NCBI GenBank assembly: GCA_027310965.1
Contig: DAICZW010000001.1
Coordinates: forward strand, 37,236-101,235
DNA from: a bacterium
Lineage (GTDB): Bacteria; Patescibacteriota; Minisyncoccia; UBA6257; 2-01-FULL-56-20
Length of the DNA stretch: 64,000 bases
Direction of reading: 5' to 3'
Shown here: positions 19,160 to 30,016 of the stretch, piece by piece
Layout: every line of letters starts with the position of its first letter
How positions within the stretch are numbered: position 1 is the first letter of the stretch
Program-made: the position numbers and the translations under genes
The notes under the pieces: generated by a model
Seen by the model: only the letters and a program-made list of their open reading frames with translations
Databases searched by the model: none
Told to the model about the DNA's origin: nothing

Positions 19160-19171
19160 CTCTTTTTGTTC

Positions 19172-19205
19172 AAACGGCTCCCTATTTCACGGAGCCGTTT
19201 TTTTT
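19172..19205 (+). terminator. Intrinsic terminator
   Basis: AAACGGCTCC...GGAGCCGTTTTTTTT. Confidence 0.8.
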
Positions 19206-19272
19206 ATCCGTTTTTATTAAGAAAGCGCAGGATTAATTTTCGTATTTTTTCTTCGTGTGATATTATAGAGCA

Positions 19273-20553
19273 ATGCTGGATATCAAGTTCATCAGGGAAA
19301 ATCCCGATATTATAAAAGACGTTGCGGTGAAAAAGGGTATCGACCCGGCTCTTGTCGACGCGCTGCTTGAGGCCGATAAAACGAGGCGGGAGCTCATCCA
19401 GTCCGCGGAAGCGATCCGCGCCGAGCAGAAAAAGACCAAGGACCGCGAAGAGGGGATGCAGTTAAAAGAAAAGTTCAAGCAGCTTTATGAAGAAGCGCGT
19501 TTTGCCGGCATCGAGAGGAAATTCGACGAGTTGATGGCGCTTATACCGAATATTATTTCGCCGGATACACCGATCGGGAAAAGCGAGAAGGACAACGTCG
19601 AAGTTTACCATTGGGGCGCGCCGAAAAAATTCGATTTCGAACCGAAGGATCATGTCGCGCTTGGACAAGCGCTCGATATCCTGGATTTTGAAAAAGGCGC
19701 GAAGGTCGCCGGATTCCGCGGGTACTATATAAAAAACGACGGTGTGCTGCTCGCGATGGGTATTATGATGTATGCGGTGCATATGATGGTCGAGAAGGGA
19801 TATGCGCCGATGATTCCGCCGACGCTTGTCCGAAGTTCCGCTCTTTTCGGGTCGGGATATTTCAAAGGGCTTGAATACGATCCCGGGGTTGATGAAATCT
19901 ACCAGATCGCCACTCCCGATAAAGAATCGACCGGCGAAGCGAGTAAGGATAAAAAATTTCTCGTGGGCACCGCCGAGCCGTCGCTTTTGGCATATTATTC
20001 CGACGAGGTTTTGAAAGAGGAAGACCTGCCGATAAAAACATGCGGTTACAGCCAGTGCTACCGGAGTGAGATCGGGAGTTACGGCAAAGAGCTGAAAGGT
20101 ATGTACCGCGTGCATGAATTCATGAAAGTGGAACAGGTGGTGGTTGCCCCCGCCGACATCGAAAAAGCGAACGCGCTGCAGGACGAGATGACGGGCATTT
20201 CGGGCGCAATGCACGAGGAGCTCGGATTGCCGTACCGGCGCCTGCAGATTTGTTCGGGCGACATGAGCGCGGGGAAATATCGCGCGTTCGATCTTGAGGC
20301 GTGGCTTCCCGGAATGAACCGGTGGGCGGAGACGGGTTCCGCGAGCGATTTTTTGGACTGGCAGGCGCGGAGGCTGAACGTGAAGTATGTCGATAAAAAC
20401 GGTGAGAAAAAATATGCCTATTTATTGAATAATACCGCGCTGCCCAGCCCGCGCATTTTCATCGCTATCCTTGAAAACTACCAGATGAAAGACGGCACAA
20501 TAGAAGTGCCGGAAGTGTTGCAAAAATATGTCGGGAAAAAGGTGATCGGATAG
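19273..20553 (+). CDS. serS: Serine--tRNA ligase
   Basis: MLDIKFIREN, GTAE, YRSE.G, RVHEF.KVEQ, LNNTAL..PR, ILENYQ. Confidence 0.97.
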   Translation: MLDIKFIRENPDIIKDVAVKKGIDPALVDALLEADKTRRELIQSAEAIRAEQKKTKDREEGMQLKEKFKQLYEEARFAGIERKFDELMALIPNIISPDTPIGKSEKDNVEVYHWGAPKKFDFEPKDHVALGQALDILDFEKGAKVAGFRGYYIKNDGVLLAMGIMMYAVHMMVEKGYAPMIPPTLVRSSALFGSGYFKGLEYDPGVDEIYQIATPDKESTGEASKDKKFLVGTAEPSLLAYYSDEVLKEEDLPIKTCGYSQCYRSEIGSYGKELKGMYRVHEFMKVEQVVVAPADIEKANALQDEMTGISGAMHEELGLPYRRLQICSGDMSAGKYRAFDLEAWLPGMNRWAETGSASDFLDWQARRLNVKYVDKNGEKKYAYLLNNTALPSPRIFIAILENYQMKDGTIEVPEVLQKYVGKKVIG

Positions 20554-20615
20554 CAACGGAAGGCGTATGGTAGTGTTTAGGCGTTCCCGTACCGCGTCGC
20601 GGCGCGGCGGTGCGT

Positions 20616-20866
20616 AGAATCCTGTTCCAAAAGCAGGCCAGCGGGATTATGGAAATTTCCGAGCGAGCAACGCGGACACCGCACGAGGAATGCCGCGGGG
20701 TATTCCGAGGAGGGAATCGCGGTTCGCAGCCGTCGGCAGCGATGAGAAAATGAATGCGCGGACGCATCCATTTTCTCAGAGCGAACCGGCGGATGAAACA
20801 GGGTTTCATAAAATTTCCATACAACCCGCGGACTTTGCCTGAAAAGCTGCTTTTGAGACGGGTTCT
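20616..20866. mobile_element. MITE-like element, family A
   Basis: AGAATCCTGTTCCAAAAGC ... GCTTTTGAGACGGGTTCT; internal modules shared with 2880-3132. Confidence 0.72.
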
Positions 20867-20905
20867 CATCATGGCAATGCCGCACCATTAAAACATAACA
20901 AAATT

Positions 20906-21778
20906 ATGGAAGTCGGCGATTATATTTCGGCGTCGCAAAAAAAGCGCAAACAGCGGCGTAAATATATCGTGATTGCGTTGTCCGTTATTGCGGCGTGCTT
21001 TGTCGTTTTCGGTTCTTACTGGATCGTTTTCAAGTCGCCGGTTTTTAGGATAAAAAATATCGACGTACGGGGAAACACAACGGTTGCGAGCGATACCATT
21101 ATTGCGCTCGTCCGCTCCTCCGCTTTTTCGAAAAATAATTTTACAGCATTATTGCTTGGGACGGGGAACATGCTTGCATGGCCGGATGCGATTCCGGCGA
21201 ACGTTATCGCGTCCGTTCCGAGCCTCGTCGGCGTGGACATAAAAAAGGATTATATGGCGCGCACGATTACGATAACGGTTGCGGAACGAAAACCGTTCGC
21301 CGTGTGGTGTTTTATGCCGAAAGGATCGGCCGCTGATGCGAATACCGGCGGCACGGCGACGGGAACGATGGTAATGGCCATGGAAACAAACGAACAATGC
21401 TCCTGGTTTGACGAAAGCGGGATCATGTTCGAGGACGGGTTTGATTCCGAAGGGAGCGTCGTCATGGCGGTGCATGATTATTCGCAGAGTAGCGCGCCCC
21501 TCGGCGCCGCCATTTTACCCGCTCGCTTCGTTCCCAATCTTATCTCAATCATAAAAGTGCTTCGCGCGAGCGGATTGAACGTGAAAGAGGTGCGGCTGAA
21601 CGATATCGGTCTCGAAGAAATCCAGGCGACGACCTATGACGGTCCGGATATTTATTTCAGTTTGCGTTTTCCCGCCGATGATGACTTGCCGGTTATTCAG
21701 AGCTTGATGGCCGATCCGGGATTCAAGAATTTGCAGTATCTTGATTTCAGGACCGAAGACAGGGCGTATTATAAATAA
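20906..21778 (+). CDS. Cell division protein FtsQ/DivIB-like
   Basis: Basic N-terminus, TM helix, POTRA-like F.IK.I.V.GN, VAERKP, C-terminal Y.DFR...R.YY. Confidence 0.8.
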   Translation: MEVGDYISASQKKRKQRRKYIVIALSVIAACFVVFGSYWIVFKSPVFRIKNIDVRGNTTVASDTIIALVRSSAFSKNNFTALLLGTGNMLAWPDAIPANVIASVPSLVGVDIKKDYMARTITITVAERKPFAVWCFMPKGSAADANTGGTATGTMVMAMETNEQCSWFDESGIMFEDGFDSEGSVVMAVHDYSQSSAPLGAAILPARFVPNLISIIKVLRASGLNVKEVRLNDIGLEEIQATTYDGPDIYFSLRFPADDDLPVIQSLMADPGFKNLQYLDFRTEDRAYYK

Positions 21779-22199
21779 AAAATTTACAGAGCAAGCATTT
21801 CCTCCGTTCATTTAATCGGAGGAAAGATAAGCAAAACATAAGTTTAAAAAATATCATCCGCTTCCGCGCGTCAATTGGAATCATTTTTATACGCGGAAAA
21901 AATAGAGCCCGTATCTAAAGAATAAAAAAAACAGCTTGGAACCCGGGCTGTTTTTTATTTTTTTCTTTGCGATAAAACTGAATATATTACCGCATTTCGC
22001 GCGTAAAAAATAAAAATATTGAAATACTGATCGTTTCGATAAAAGTATTTTATGGAGAAAAAAATAAGCGAAGTGGAGACCTCTTTATTTTGTTTTGTGG
22101 ATATGCTGTGCATATCTCGAAGGTTTTTAAGTAGGTTATTTCAAAAAACATAGATAAATCAACACTTATAACACCGCCCGAATTTTTGAGCGGCATATT

Positions 22200-22264
22200 T
22201 TGACATTGTAACAGAGTGGACTATTATTAAATGAAAGTGGCGCGAAGTGGAGGGTTGTGGATAA
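22200..22264 (+). promoter_or_regulatory. mraZ/dcw promoter with MraZ boxes
   Basis: TTGACA-16nt-TATTAT, then GTGG at 22237, 22247 and 22257 (10-bp phasing typical of MraZ operators). Confidence 0.78.
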
Positions 22265-22406
22265 TTCTGGGTATAAGTGCCACTTTCTGTGCAGAAGTGA
22301 CGGGGGTGCTCATCCTGTCATCACGGATAAACGTTTGAAGCATCATGTTTTTCGGGGTGACAAAAAAACCAATCGCTCATAACTAATCCTTAATCGTTTC
22401 ACTATC

Positions 22407-22838
22407 ATGTTACTTGGAGAATACAGACACAATTTAGATAGCAAAGGTCGGATGGCGATGCCGGCGAAATTCCGCGATGCATTAGTTGCCGGCGCCATTA
22501 TTACGCGCGGAATCGATAACTGTCTTTTTGTTTTTACGAATGCGGATTGGGATGCGCTCGCGAAAAAGCTGGTTGCGCTTCCGCTCGCGCAGGCGAACGC
22601 GCGCGCGTTCGCGCGGCTCATGCTTGCCGGCGCAACGGACGTCGCGCTCGACAGCCAGGGACGGATACTCATTCCCGATTATCTCAGGAAATATGCCGGC
22701 CTTAAAAAAGAGATTGTCGTGGCGGGATTATATAATCGCATTGAAATATGGGACGATGCGGCGTGGCAATCCTACAAGACGAAGACGGAAAATTCCTCGG
22801 AGGCGATTGCGGAAAAATTAGGCGAATTGGGAATTTAG
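22407..22838 (+). CDS. mraZ: Transcriptional regulator MraZ
   Basis: GEY.HNLDSKGR, LDSQGRILIP, EIWD. Confidence 0.97.
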   Translation: MLLGEYRHNLDSKGRMAMPAKFRDALVAGAIITRGIDNCLFVFTNADWDALAKKLVALPLAQANARAFARLMLAGATDVALDSQGRILIPDYLRKYAGLKKEIVVAGLYNRIEIWDDAAWQSYKTKTENSSEAIAEKLGELGI

Positions 22839-22972
22839 TTTTCTCTGTCGTCCCCGCGGAGGCGAGGGTCCACGCTTTGGGAATTATAGACTGAAAGCAT
22901 TGATCCTCTTTTTCAGGAGGGCGATTTCTTCAAGAGGGCGATGGACGGGAAGCGCGGATTTAAAATTTTTTT

Positions 22973-23860
22973 ATGTCTCATATCCCTGTTCTTTTACAAG
23001 AAGTGATGGCATTGCTTGATCCGAAACCGGGCGATTGCATCATTGACGGCACGGTCGACGGCGGCGGGCACGCGGAAGCGGTCCTTGCGAAGATCATGCC
23101 GGGCGGAAGATTCATCGGGCTGGACTTTGACGAAAATATGCTCGCGGCATGCAAGGTGCGTATCGGCAGCCGTGAGAATGTTTCATTGCTGCACGGCAAT
23201 TATGCCGATTTACCGGAGATCATCGAAGAGAAAAAAATCGGAAAAGCGGACGGACTGCTGCTCGATCTCGGATTTTCTTCCGAACAGCTCGCGCAGTCGG
23301 GAAGGGGATTCAGCTTCGGGGAGTCATCGGCGGGCGAGCCGCTGCTCATGACGTACGATGATTCGCGGAAGCCGGTACGGGAGATCCTCCGTGCCATGCC
23401 CGAGAAAGAGATTGCGGACATCATTTTTGAATTCGGCGGAGAGCGTTTTTCGAGAAGAGTCGCGCGGGCGATTGCGGAACGCGAAAAACGAAAACCGATC
23501 ATGTTTGTGGGAGAGCTTGCGGAAACGGTGCGGAACGCCCTGCCGCGGGGATATGAACGGGGGAGAATCGATCCGGCGACGCGGACGTTCCAGGCGTTGC
23601 GGATCTACGCAAACGACGAGCTGGGAAATCTCGAACGCGTTTGCGGCGGTTTGGAAAAGATCCTGAAGCCCGGCGGTCGTGCGGTCGTCATCAGTTTCCA
23701 TTCGATCGAAGACCGCATTGTGAAGGCGGCATTCCGGAAATTGGCGAAAGAAAACAAAGCCGCGATCCTTACGAAAAAACCGCTCACCGCTTCCAGGGAG
23801 GAAATAAAGAAAAACCCGCGGAGCCGTTCGGCAAAACTAAGGGCAATCAGGATGATGTAA
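22973..23860 (+). CDS. rsmH: 16S rRNA m4C1402 methyltransferase
   Basis: HIPVLL.E, DGT.DGGGH, DLGFSS.Q, ATRTFQALRI, NPRSRSAKLR. Confidence 0.97.
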   Translation: MSHIPVLLQEVMALLDPKPGDCIIDGTVDGGGHAEAVLAKIMPGGRFIGLDFDENMLAACKVRIGSRENVSLLHGNYADLPEIIEEKKIGKADGLLLDLGFSSEQLAQSGRGFSFGESSAGEPLLMTYDDSRKPVREILRAMPEKEIADIIFEFGGERFSRRVARAIAEREKRKPIMFVGELAETVRNALPRGYERGRIDPATRTFQALRIYANDELGNLERVCGGLEKILKPGGRAVVISFHSIEDRIVKAAFRKLAKENKAAILTKKPLTASREEIKKNPRSRSAKLRAIRMM

Positions 23861-23974
23861 TGATGCAGTGTTTTAAATGAAAATTTTCAACATTACAACA
23901 ATAGAACACTGGATCATTTTTACTATTTCGCCGCAACATTACCATTACAACCTTATAACAATTACAACGCATCT

Positions 23975-24280
23975 ATGACTTATATCCAACCCAACAAGAA
24001 CAACAGCCTTTGGAATGGCCTTATCGCCGTATTGGGTATCGCGGCGCTCGGCGGGATATTTTTCCTCGTGACGCTTTACAACAGTACGGTGAACCTGAGC
24101 CATAACATTGCCGCCGTAAAGACGGAACTTGATGCCGTGAGCGCGCAAGATACCGGCCTTAACAACACCATTATCGCGGCGCTCGACGGTAATAAGGTTG
24201 CGGCGTTCGCCCAAGCGAACGGTTTGGTGGAAGAAAAAAATCCGCAATATTTCTCAACGGGGCTATCCGAAAACCTTTAA
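23975..24280 (+). CDS. FtsL-like cell division protein
   Basis: TM helix plus short coiled coil, located between rsmH and the PBP gene. Confidence 0.65.
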   Translation: MTYIQPNKNNSLWNGLIAVLGIAALGGIFFLVTLYNSTVNLSHNIAAVKTELDAVSAQDTGLNNTIIAALDGNKVAAFAQANGLVEEKNPQYFSTGLSENL

Positions 24281-24331
24281 AATCAATCCGCGGCAAAAAC
24301 GAATTTCCGGGCAATTTTTCAACGATAAAAA

Positions 24332-25999
24332 ATGGCGCGCTTCTCAATATTGATCGGAGTATTTTTTCTCGCTTATGCCGTCCTGCTTTTCCGCCTTTAT
24401 AACCTGGAGCTGGTGAAGGGCGGCTATTACACCGCGCGCGCCGCGTCAGAGATGCTGTCATCGACGGATGCGGGTGCAAATCGCGGCGCCATTTATTTGA
24501 CGGACGAGAACGGCGGCATACTCCCGGCGGCTATCAATGAAAATTTTCCGATCATTTATGCCGTGCCGAAGGCGATACTTGATCCGCGGGAAGCGGCGGA
24601 CACGCTGGCGCCGATTTTGAACATGCCGGCGGATTCGCTTTTTAAAATCTTGTCGAAGCCGAATGATTCCTACGAAGCGCTTGTGAGAAAAGCCGACCCT
24701 GCCGTCGCGTCGCAGGTCGAAAATTTGAATATCAAGGGGATTTATACCGATACGGCGTCGGAGCGTTTTTACCCTCTGGGTCCGATTGCGTCGCAGGTTC
24801 TGGGCTATGTCGGACCGAACGCGACGAATGACGGCGAAAGCGGGCGTTACGGCATCGAGGAATTTTATAATAATACGCTGGCGGGTGCGGCATCGGATAC
24901 GAAAGCCATCGCGCAGGGAACCGATATCAACCTGACCATCGATCCGAATATCCAGATCGAGGCGGAAAAAATTCTCGACAATCTGGTTACGGCGAACAAT
25001 GCGTCGGGCGGCAGCGTCATCGTGGAAGATCCTCAGACGGGGAAGATCCTTGCGATGGGAAGCACGCCCGATTTCGATCCGAACAATTACAGCTCGTCGT
25101 CGATCGCGGATTTCTTGAACCCCAACGTGCAGACGGTCTATGAACCGGGTTCGATTATGAAAGTTATCACGATGTCGGCGGGAATAGATTCGGGGAAGAT
25201 CACGCCGGACACAACCTATGACGATAAGGGATACGTGGACGTCAGCAGGGCGCATATCACCAATTACAATCTGACCACGCATGGCGCATATGGTCCGGGC
25301 ACCACCATGACCCAGGTGATCGAGCACTCTATAAATACCGGCGCTATCTGGGCCGAGAACACTACCGGCAACGATATCTTTCTGAGCTATCTTAAAAAAT
25401 TCGGCCTTGACCAGAAAACCGGAATCGATCTGCCCGGAGAGGTGGGCGGCAATCTCAGCCAGCTTACTCCAAGAGCGCCTGCGGTCGATTGGGACACCGC
25501 CGCTTACGGGCAGGGAGTTGCCGTTTCTCCCATTGAGCTTGTGAGCGCGGTTTCCGCCATTGCGGACAAGGGGATATTGATGCGCCCCTATCTTAATGCA
25601 GGATTGCAGCCGCAGGAGATACGCCGGGTGATAAGCACGAACACGGCGGAGCAGGTGACGCAGATGATGGTCGATGCCGTCGATCTCGCTCAGGTTGCCA
25701 ATATCAACGGTTATGCTATGGCAGGGAAAACGGGCAGCGCGTTCATTCCTAACCCTGCCGGCGGCGGATACTTGAACGAATTGACCGATTCATATATCGG
25801 TTTCGGCCCTGCGTCCAATCCGCGTTTTGTAGCATTTATCAGATTGAACACCATACCCGTTACGTCGCTTGCGGCGGAAACCGTGGTTCCGGCATGGGAA
25901 CAGCTTGCCCAGTATATCGTGAATTATTACAACATTCCTCCGGACCGGACGACGCGCGACGTAATACCAAACTGCCGCGACCTCATATGCGGACAATAA
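24332..25999 (+). CDS. ftsI: Class B penicillin-binding protein (FtsI-like)
   Basis: RG.IY, RFYP.G, YEPGSIMK (SxxK), SIN (SxN) and GKTG. Confidence 0.9.
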   Translation: MARFSILIGVFFLAYAVLLFRLYNLELVKGGYYTARAASEMLSSTDAGANRGAIYLTDENGGILPAAINENFPIIYAVPKAILDPREAADTLAPILNMPADSLFKILSKPNDSYEALVRKADPAVASQVENLNIKGIYTDTASERFYPLGPIASQVLGYVGPNATNDGESGRYGIEEFYNNTLAGAASDTKAIAQGTDINLTIDPNIQIEAEKILDNLVTANNASGGSVIVEDPQTGKILAMGSTPDFDPNNYSSSSIADFLNPNVQTVYEPGSIMKVITMSAGIDSGKITPDTTYDDKGYVDVSRAHITNYNLTTHGAYGPGTTMTQVIEHSINTGAIWAENTTGNDIFLSYLKKFGLDQKTGIDLPGEVGGNLSQLTPRAPAVDWDTAAYGQGVAVSPIELVSAVSAIADKGILMRPYLNAGLQPQEIRRVISTNTAEQVTQMMVDAVDLAQVANINGYAMAGKTGSAFIPNPAGGGYLNELTDSYIGFGPASNPRFVAFIRLNTIPVTSLAAETVVPAWEQLAQYIVNYYNIPPDRTTRDVIPNCRDLICGQ

Positions 26000-26209
26000 G
26001 GACCCGGCGGCGCGTTTCAAAAATAAATTAGGACATACGCATTTTAAAAAAATCATAAGAAAAATTTTTTCTGTCATCATCCGGCCAAGCCGGACAATGA
26101 CAGGGGGAAATGTCTCGTACTCGGCGCAAGCGCGTACGTCTTAAGATGGAAGCGGGAAAATCATAGTGGTGCGGCGCCGAAAAAAATATATTTATCTCCG
26201 TTATCGAAA

Positions 26210-27538
26210 ATGAAAAAAATCTTGACCAAAATCCTGCGCGTGAAATTACAGTGGCTTGCCCGCCTCACCATAGCGCGTTATGAACCGAAGATCGTGGGCA
26301 TTACCGGAACCGTCGGGAAGACGTCAACGAAGCGTGCGCTGTCAGCCGTACTGGCGAAACATCACCGGGTGCGCGCATCATCGGGAAATTTGAATAACGA
26401 GTTCGGGCTTTCGCTTGCCATTCTGGGAGATTGGAGCGCGGAGGATCTTTCGCTGGTGAGCCACGGGCAGCCCGTCCGAAAAACCGGCGGTCCGGCGGGC
26501 GAGCGGGACATGGCTGCGGGCGCCGAAAAGATCCGCAGGATTTTTTTCTGGATGAAAGTACTCGCGTTTTCGGCATGGCGGCTTATAAAAAAAACGGATC
26601 GCTATCCGGAAATTTTGATTTTGGAATATGCCGTTGACCGTCCCGGCGACATTAAAAATCTGTTAAAAATCGCGCGGCCGGAAATAAGCGTCATCACCGC
26701 CATCGGCGATATTCCGTCGCATGTCGAATTTTTTTCCGGCGCGGATGAGGTTGCGCGCGAAAAAGGACGGCTTATCGAGTGCCTTCCCGCGGCCGGGTAC
26801 GCGATTCTGAACGGCGACGACGACAGCGTGATGCGTTTGAAAAATCGCACCCGCGCGCGGGTCATGTCCTTCGGTTTCCTCAGGGAAGCGGATGTCCGTA
26901 TGACGAGGTTTGAGAACGTCATCCGCGACGGCGCGCCGCTCGGCATTTCGTTCAAGCTTGAATATCAGAATGCGTTCGTGCCGGTGCGCGTGGCATACGC
27001 GTTCGGGAAAGCGCAGGCGTATGCCGCCGCCGCCGCGGGCGCGGTCGGTATCGCGTTCGGCATGAACCTCGTCGATATTTCCGAAGCGCTCGGGAATTAT
27101 GTTCCGGCGCCGGGGCGCATGCAGCTTTTGCCGGGGGTCAAGGATTCCCTTATTCTCAATGATTGTTATAACGCCAGTCCGCTTTCCATGCATGCGGCGC
27201 TTGATACCTTGCGCGACTTGCCGGCGAAAAGAAAAGTCGCGGTGCTCGGCGATATGCTCGAGATAGGAAAATATACTCCCGAGGCGCATGAATATGTCGG
27301 CGATGCCGCCGCGGAATTTCTTGATGTTCTGGTGACGGTAGGCCCGCGCGCGAAATTTATCGCCGCGGCGGCAAAGGCATCCGGTATGAAAAGCGCGGAT
27401 ATTCTTTCATACGACACCGCCGACGACGCGAAAAAACCAGTGCAGGGTCTCATCCGAAAAGGCGACCTCGTCCTCGTGAAAGGATCCCATTCCATGGCGC
27501 TCGATAAGGTTGTAGAGGAAATAGGGAGCAGTTTGTAA
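26210..27538 (+). CDS. murF: UDP-MurNAc-tripeptide--D-Ala-D-Ala ligase
   Basis: GITGTVGKT, NNEFG, D.YNASP, LGDMLE.G, VKGS. Confidence 0.93.
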   Translation: MKKILTKILRVKLQWLARLTIARYEPKIVGITGTVGKTSTKRALSAVLAKHHRVRASSGNLNNEFGLSLAILGDWSAEDLSLVSHGQPVRKTGGPAGERDMAAGAEKIRRIFFWMKVLAFSAWRLIKKTDRYPEILILEYAVDRPGDIKNLLKIARPEISVITAIGDIPSHVEFFSGADEVAREKGRLIECLPAAGYAILNGDDDSVMRLKNRTRARVMSFGFLREADVRMTRFENVIRDGAPLGISFKLEYQNAFVPVRVAYAFGKAQAYAAAAAGAVGIAFGMNLVDISEALGNYVPAPGRMQLLPGVKDSLILNDCYNASPLSMHAALDTLRDLPAKRKVAVLGDMLEIGKYTPEAHEYVGDAAAEFLDVLVTVGPRAKFIAAAAKASGMKSADILSYDTADDAKKPVQGLIRKGDLVLVKGSHSMALDKVVEEIGSSL

Positions 27539-27695
27539 ATTGTATCTTGTCCGGATAGGATTTTCTTGCATTCAGGCGTTTTTTTCTGTTATACTCCACT
27601 TAATAACGGCTTGTCCGCGCTTATTTTTTTGTTAAAACGGACGGGACACGCCTTATTTTTCAAGATAATCTTCAAAGACGGACTTTTAATAAAAC

Positions 27696-28451
27696 ATGTC
27701 TCCCCATATTTCCATCCGCGCCGAAGAGATTTTCAGTATAGCCGGATTTCCGGTCACGAACGCGCTGTTGCTTTCCGCGCTTGTTTTTATTATTTTTTGC
27801 GTTGCCGCGGTCGTGATCCGGCGGCGGCTTTCGTTGATACCGAATACTCTTCAAAGCATCGCCGAACTGATAATGGAAGGCGCTTTAGACATCGTGGATT
27901 CGGTACTGCTTGACCGTCGCAAGTCGGAAAAATATCTCCCGCTCGTGCTTACGATATTCCTTTTCGTGCTGTTTTCGAACTGGCTCGGCCTTTTGCCCGG
28001 CGTAGGATCGCTCATCGTTACGCGCGCCGGAGAAACCGTGCCGCTTTTCCGGTCGCCCGCAGCCGACCTCAATTTTACGATTGCGCTTGCGCTGATCACG
28101 GTCATTTTCGCGAACGTCATGGGCATCCTGACGATCGGCCTGCGGTCGCGCCTGTCGGTATTTTTCAATTTCAAAAGTCCGATCAAGTTTTTCGTCGGTA
28201 TCCTTGAACTCATCTCGGAATGTGCTAAAATTATCTCGCTCTCGTTCAGGCTGTTCGGCAATATTTTCGCGGGCGAAGTGCTTCTGACGATCATGGCGTT
28301 TCTCGTGCCGTATATCGCGCCGATGCCGTTCATATTCCTGGAGGTATTCGTCGGTTTCATCCAGGCATTCATCTTCGGGATGCTCACGCTTGTTTTCGTC
28401 AGTATGGCGATTGTCGACGAACACGGAGAAGAAACGCGCCGGCATGCGTGA
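27696..28451 (+). CDS. atpB: F0F1 ATP synthase subunit a
   Basis: NWLGLLPG, SLSFRLFGNIFAGE, IQAFIF. Confidence 0.96.
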   Translation: MSPHISIRAEEIFSIAGFPVTNALLLSALVFIIFCVAAVVIRRRLSLIPNTLQSIAELIMEGALDIVDSVLLDRRKSEKYLPLVLTIFLFVLFSNWLGLLPGVGSLIVTRAGETVPLFRSPAADLNFTIALALITVIFANVMGILTIGLRSRLSVFFNFKSPIKFFVGILELISECAKIISLSFRLFGNIFAGEVLLTIMAFLVPYIAPMPFIFLEVFVGFIQAFIFGMLTLVFVSMAIVDEHGEETRRHA

Positions 28452-28730
<279 letters not shown>

Positions 28731-28854
28731 AAAATCCGCGCAACCATTTTTTCGTCATGCGCGACTCCGGTCGGGAGTTCGCGTTTTCTAAAAGAGAAGA
28801 CGGGAAGCGCGGGTCGTCCGCTTTCGCGGACGATAACAGGAAAAATTCATCATC

Positions 28855-29349
28855 ATGCAAGAAATGTTCAGCCAATTGGGGATAGATTGGCGCCTGCTTA
28901 TAAGCCAGGCGGTGGATTTTTTCGTGCTGCTTTTCGTTTTATGGCTGCTTTTATACAAGCCGCTTCTGAAGCTGTTGCGCGACCGGCGGCAGAAGATCGA
29001 GGAAGGGATTGTAAAAGCGAAAATGGCCGACGTGCGGCTTTCGGAAGCGAACGAAACAAGCAAGGAAAAAATAAAAGAAGCCGAGGCGCAGGCGCTCGGT
29101 ATTTTGCGGAAGACGGAGAATGACGCGAAAGTCCTCGAAGCGAAACTTCTCGCGAAAGCGAAAGAAAAGGAGGCGGCGGCGTTGAAAGACATGGATGCCG
29201 TGCTTCGCGTCAAGGAAGATGCATCGCGGCGGGAGGTTTTGCGCGGCGCGCAATCGCTCGTGAAAGAATCGCTCGTGAAAATGGTCGAGCTTGATCCGTC
29301 GGCAATCGACGATGCCTTGATTGCAAGAGCGGTGAAAGAAGTGCAATAA
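28855..29349 (+). CDS. atpF: F0F1 ATP synthase subunit b
   Basis: LGIDW...Q.V.F..L..LLYKPL...L..R...I. Confidence 0.92.
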   Translation: MQEMFSQLGIDWRLLISQAVDFFVLLFVLWLLLYKPLLKLLRDRRQKIEEGIVKAKMADVRLSEANETSKEKIKEAEAQALGILRKTENDAKVLEAKLLAKAKEKEAAALKDMDAVLRVKEDASRREVLRGAQSLVKESLVKMVELDPSAIDDALIARAVKEVQ

Positions 29350-29359
29350 AAACATTTTT

Positions 29360-29440
29360 TGTCGTCCCCGCGGAGGCGGGGATCCGCGCTTTAAGAAATT
29401 AAAATTGGAAGCACAGGTTTCCGCCTTCGCCGGAATGACA
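29360..29440. repeat. REP-like doublet, family B
   Basis: TGTCGTCCCCGCGGAGGCGGGGATCC ... GGTTTCCGCCTTCGCCGGAATGACA. Confidence 0.75.
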
Positions 29441-29478
29441 GAGGGAGCGGATTTTCATTTTGAACGAACCATTATAGT

Positions 29479-29856
29479 ATGAAATATCCCGTATTATTTT
29501 ACGCAAAAGCGCTTGCCATGGCGGTTGCCGAGGCGGGGAAAAGCGACGCCGTCGCGAAAAATTTTCTTGCATTGGTGCGCAGGAACGGAGACGGACGATA
29601 CCTGCCGAAGATCGTGCGGGAAAGCGAACGCCTGATGCGCAAACAGCACGGCGTGCGGGAGATAACAGTGGCGTCGGCGCGCGGACTCAAACAGCCGCCG
29701 CGGGCATTGCTCAAAAATTTTGCAAAACCTGAAGATGAAGTTTATGGTGTCATCATGCCGGAGCTTGTCGCGGGAGTGAAGATTATGGTGGACGGCGAGG
29801 CGCAATTCGACGGATCGCTGAAAGGGAAAATAGACAGGATGTTCAAAAATATATAA
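29479..29856 (+). CDS. atpH: F0F1 ATP synthase subunit delta (short)
   Basis: YAKAL, V.SA..L, P.L.AG....V....D.SL; position in the operon. Confidence 0.85.
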   Translation: MKYPVLFYAKALAMAVAEAGKSDAVAKNFLALVRRNGDGRYLPKIVRESERLMRKQHGVREITVASARGLKQPPRALLKNFAKPEDEVYGVIMPELVAGVKIMVDGEAQFDGSLKGKIDRMFKNI

Positions 29857-30016
29857 GCTAAGAAACGATGCCATTCTCATGGTGTCGTCCTCGCCCCTCG
29901 AAAACTCGGGAGGAACTCCGGCGGGGATTCACACTTTAAGAAATAAAGACTGAAAGCATGGGTCGTCCGCCTTCGCGGACGATGACAGAAGGGATAGTTG
30001 ATGAAATATTAAAATT

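Noticed and set aside
22090-22300. Replication origin (TGTGGATAA at 22256 and near-matches)
   Set aside because: Only one perfect DnaA box, overlapping the MraZ operator, with no dnaA/dnaN nearby. DnaA regulation of the promoter is possible but oriC is unsupported.
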